In this document: piece by piece, positions 59,582 through 64,000 of the stretch
Numbering within the stretch: the stretch's first letter is position 1
Layout of the letters: the number at the start of each line of letters is the position of its first letter
Source of the DNA: Octopus sinensis
Lineage: Eukaryota
Length of the DNA: 64,000 nucleotides
NCBI RefSeq assembly: GCF_006345805.1
Contig: NC_043003.1
Coordinates: 58,652,001-58,716,000 of the forward strand
Direction of reading: 5' to 3'
Translations under genes and position numbers: made by a program
Notes under the pieces: model-generated
Seen by the model: only the letters and a program-made list of their open reading frames with translations
What the model was told of the DNA's origin: nothing
Database searches by the model: none

Positions 59582-60630
59582 TCATCATCATCATTGTTTA
59601 ACACCTGTTTTCCAAGCTGGCATGGGTTGGATGGTTCAACTGGGGTCTGGGAAGCCAGGAGGCTGCACCAGGCTCCAGTCTGATCTGGCAGTGTTTCTAC
59701 AGCTGGATGCCCTTCCTAACACCAACCACTCTGAGAGTGTACTGGGTGCTTTTTATGTACCACCGGCACAGGGGCCAGAGGAGGCTGGCAATGACCAAGA
59801 TCGGTTGGTGCTTTTTACGTGCTACCAGCACGGAAGCCAGTCAGGGCGGTACTGGCATTGACCATGTTCGGATGGTGCTTTTTACGTGCCACCGGCATGA
59901 GGATCACAACTACAATTTCCATTTGATTTTGGTTTTGATGTCGATGTACTTGACTCAGTAGGTCTCCTCAAGCACAGCATGTCACCCTCCGATCCAAGGT
60001 ACTTTTGAGTGGGCTGGTTATGCGAATCTGGTGTAGGTTACAGCTGTGAACTCACTTTATTTGCCGGGTCTTCTCAGTCATAGCATATCTCCATGGGTCT
60101 CGGTCTTTTGTCATTGTCTCTGTGAGGCCCATGCTTCACCACCTCATCCCATGTCTTCCTGGGTCTCTCTATACTCCAGATTCCGTCAACTGTTTGGGAG
60201 TGGCACTTCTTCACGCAGCTCTCCTCATCCATCCATAGTACATGACCATACCAATGCTAATGTCTCTCTTGCATGCCACATTCGGTGCTTCTCATGTCCA
60301 ACATTTCTCTCAGGGCACTTACACTCTGTCATATGTGCACACTGACATTACACATCCAGCGGATCATCCTAGCGTCATTTCTTTCAAGCCTACTCATGTC
60401 TTCACTGCCCATGTTTCACTGCCGTGAAGCATGGCAGTTCACACACATGCATCATACAATCTACCTTTCACTCTGAGCAAGAGGCCCTTTGCACCTGTAG
60501 GAGTAGAAGCTTTCTGAACTTTACCTAGGCTATTCTTATTCTAGTAGTAACACTCTCTGAGCATGCACTCTCACTACAGACTTGGTCACCTAGGTAGCAG
60601 AAGCTATCAACTACTACTAGTTTCTCCCCT
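59582..60630 (-). mobile_element. 5'-truncated RTE LINE (RT C-terminus plus 3' UTR)
   Basis: VVDSFCYLGD..LHGSETW..RMIRWMCNV..WYGHVL.MDEESCVKKC..RPRKTWDEVV, then minisatellite UTR and (GAT)n tail. Confidence 0.92.
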
Positions 60631-60770
60631 TATATGTATATCCTATCATGAGAATGATTGTGTTTGGGAGATGAATATAATTTGTTTATATTTATATTTA
60701 TAGCATGAGTCCATCATCATAATGTGATAGTTATGCTGGATGTTAATTTGCATGTGTCCGCTTATACTTG

Positions 60771-61360
60771 TACAGGATGGGACAGAGAAAAATTTTTTTA
60801 ATCATTGATTTTAGCTGCAAACAAATTTTATGGACATCAATGTGTTTGTATTGAATTAGCATTTGTCAAAATCAAGTGTGGAAAGCAACATCCATCATGT
60901 GGTGTCCGTTTTCATTGATGCATTTCGGAAAGCATTCTTGGGAGTTGGCCTCCACTCTCTCCAGCATTGCTTTGTGTGTAGTCTTATGGTTTCAACTGTT
61001 GCCAGTGACCAATTTGTACGGTTGGAAATGCAGGTCTTCATACATAATTTGCCTTACCGATACTAAGTTCAGTGGTATGCCTCCAAGCAGAGTGATTTGG
61101 ACTCCGTATCAAAGCTTGTCTGACACGTTCCACATTTTCTGAGGTTCGTACCATTCGTGGTGTCCCCACTGGTCCCTATTCATTAGTGTACCTCATGTAT
61201 GAAGTGCATTTACCCAATGTAAGATTGTGTTACGGATGGGAACAGCCTGATTTTGGTGGATGTTGAAGTGGTGCTGAAACTAGCTGTGACAGACTCATTC
61301 TTCATGTAACTGTCGTAGGCAAACATATGATGCTCTATCGTCCACAGCACCATGGCTTCA
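60771..61360 (-). mobile_element. Deleted Tc1/mariner-superfamily transposase relic
   Basis: MVLWTIEHHMFAYDSYMKNESV; NVERVRQALIRSP..DLHFQPYKL; terminus TACAGGATGGGAC at 60771. Confidence 0.6.
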
Positions 61361-61489
61361 CCCGAAAGGAAAAAAAAATGGTAAGACACCACGGACTGAA
61401 TGGTACCTGTTGGACATATGTCCCTCCCACTGAGGCTGATTAATAGCCATTTCAAAAACGTCCATCCTCTGCCACACTCTGTATGAGAT

Positions 61490-61803
61490 GGAAAGGTTTA
61501 TGACACAGGTTTTTTCCTCTTTCTCAAAGTCTGTCATTACTTTCGAGACAGTACTTCTTGATACACCAAACGTTTTGGCTGTTTTCATTATGCTAGCACC
61601 TGCCATACAAGCACCAACAATTTGACCTCTTTGAAAGGCCAACAGATCTATCATTTTAATGAATTTTAATTACCTTTTTCTGATGATATGTGAAAAGAAA
61701 CAGCAATTTTAGCAAAACATATTAAATAAACAAGCTTTTGACGGTTTTATAGATATTTCAATATTATGGTGCTAGGTGTTTCCATTATTTTGTCCAACCC
61801 CTG
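61490..61803 (-). mobile_element. Tc1 element left end
   Basis: TA-CAGGGGTTGGACAAAATAATGGAAACACC TIR; ORF MIDLLAFQRGQIVGACMAGASIMKTAKTFGVSRSTVSKVM (Tc1 HTH). Confidence 0.85.
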
Positions 61804-62721
61804 TACATATATGTGAATGTATGTACAGAAATATCATCATCATTGTCGTTTAACATCCGTTTTCCATGCTAGCACGGGTTGGACGGTTCGACTGGGGTCT
61901 GGGAAGCCAGGAGGCTGCTCCAGTCTGATCGGGCAGTGTTTCTACAGCTGGATGCCCTTCCTAATGCCAACCACTCCGTGAGTGTAGCGGGTGCTTTTTA
62001 CGTGCCAGGGGAGGCTGGTAGTGGCCACGATTGGTTGGTGCCTTTTACATGCCACCAGCACAGAAGCCAGTCAGGGCGGCGCTGGCATTGGCCGTTGCCA
62101 AATATGTATATAAATAATTAGTATAAGGTGTGAATTCATAGAATTGTTCAGTTATCCAGTGTATATTTATTAATACAAATATGTACGTATTTCTTTTGAT
62201 TCAAGATGGTTAAACCTCAGCAACCTTTAGAAAACTTTGAGATAACTGAATCCCACCATGGTTTTTTTTTTTAAACTAAGGAATGCATATATCGGTATTG
62301 GATGTCACAAAAATGTAAACAAACATGAAATACGAAAATATCGTTGGGTACGCAATAAACAAGAGAAATGAATGGAAAACAAAAGAAGTAACATTAAAAA
62401 CGACCCTTCATCGTCTGTACCGATATATGCATAACTATATACATATATTGACCTGCTCGCTTAGCCAACGGGGTGGCGTCATTTGAAGGCTAAAACTGTG
62501 CGAAGCGCATTGTGACCAGCGATGTGTAGCAACATCTGATAGCCTGGTCGGTCACGGTGATATACATATATATGTATGTACATACGTGTGTCTATATATA
62601 TATATGTATTATATTATATTATAGGAGTGGCTGTGTGGAAAGTAGCTTGCTTACGAACCACATGGTTCCGAGTTCAGTCCCACTGAGTGGCACCGGTAAA
62701 ATTACAGAGTAACACCCGCAC

Positions 62722-62960
62722 GATTTTCACTAAGAAAAAAAAACAAACTCGGATTTTTTGCGTGAAATCAAGTACCCTGACCTTGTAATATGCTGCAAAT
62801 CCCATATTTTGGTTAGGAATTGGTCCGGAAGGGGGGGAGCCCCCCCCCCCGGAATTTCCACTAAGGAAAATTTTTTTTTAAAATTCGGATTTTTTGCGTG
62901 GAATCAAGTACTCTGACCTCCTTACCCTAATATACTGCAAATCCCTTATTTTGGTTCGGA
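62722..62960. repeat. Two ~100-bp diverged direct repeats
   Basis: CGGATTTTTTGCGTG.AATCAAGTAC.CTGACC..TGCAAATCCC.TATTTTGGTT.GGAA at ~62722-62819 and ~62852-62960. Confidence 0.75.
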
Positions 62961-63246
62961 AAAGGGGGTGGCGAATTGGAATTTTTTTCTTTTTTTTCGT
63001 TGAATGAATTCCTATGACATGCTAACATAACCCATCCCAACAAGCTAGAAAACTATTTTTGCGGTTCAACAAATGGAGTGGGGTGGGGTGGAAACCTCGG
63101 AAGTTTCACCCACTCCTAACATTTTACAGAAAGAAAATTTCCAGGGTGTGAATTACATGCTTCGTTATTAAACATATATAATATTGTGTATATATATATA
63201 TATACATATATAATAGCGTGTGTGTAGACTGGTAAAATGTAGACAT

Positions 63247-63286
<40 letters not shown>

Positions 63287-64000
63287 CTAATAGCATGGGC
63301 AAGACTTCCTTTTGTACCCCCCAAACCCCCACTTTCATTTATTTCTTTTTTTCAACACAAACCCCCGTTTTCGGTTATGGGAATATGAATCTGCTAGGGT
63401 TTGAGGGTTAGGAATGTCTCATTCTCTGGTATATAAATATATATATATAATGAACCATTTCTTAAACATACACGATATAGTCTATAAATTTAGGATGTTT
63501 TTGAAAGATAATATATTTTATCATCAGAATATATATACTTTCTCACACTACAATTAAGATATATTTATTTTAAATCGTTCATCTTTCTCCCCCCACCCCC
63601 ACACACAAAACTTAGCTTGGGCGCGGAAAATTTTTGCTTTGGTTTTTTTCTTAAAACGCTGGTATGAAGCTGTAAAACTTCGAGAAAGAGAGGGCAGAGA
63701 GAGTGTTGAGAGAAATCAGAAACAAAAATAAGAATGTGAAATTTGCTGACCTGTCGTAATTGCTTAATCGCAATTCCAGGGGCGCTAATGTAGATTTGCA
63801 CATCTCCCAGAAAAAATGCATTTTTCTGAAAAAGTTTATTTGGATTCCTAGGTCAGAATAAACTTTTTGAGGAAAAAATACATTTCTGAAGGGGAGGTGT
63901 GAATCTGCATTAGCCCCATTTCCAAAGCTTTTAGTGGGTGCATCAAATAGCTTTTCCGTCATCCTCAAAAACTTCATGGATGCGAAAACGAAAGTAGACG

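Overview
AT-rich (TA/CA microsatellite-rich) animal genomic DNA. By inference it is an octopus/cephalopod C2H2 zinc-finger gene cluster, based on tandem single-coding-exon C2H2 arrays and tRNA-derived SINEs of the type I recall from Octopus. There are four + strand protein genes. Three are C2H2-ZNF arrays (3965-6001; 44531-45646; 56290-58292, the last split by a 1-bp frameshift). The fourth is an intact, intronless BCAP31/BAP29-like gene (30265-31014) that looks like a retrogene. The rest is densely nested mobile DNA: Tx1/L1-clade LINEs (one full-length with an 18-bp TSD, one ORF2-less with a 14-bp TSD), RTE, CR1, CRE and Penelope-like retroelement fragments, three tRNA-SINE families, and piggyBac, hAT, mariner/Tc1, pogo, foldback and Helitron-type DNA elements. 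The most novel signal is a set of minimal type-I hammerhead ribozyme motifs in several unrelated repeat families. One is a fully paired hammerhead with a swapped G3:C8 core (15402-15452, minus strand, second copy about 1.06 kb away). Another sits in a tRNA-headed SINE with a Penelope-type tail (22960-23232, second copy at 10.5 kb). All calls were read by eye with no database searches; repeat boundaries are approximate unless a TSD or TIR is quoted.
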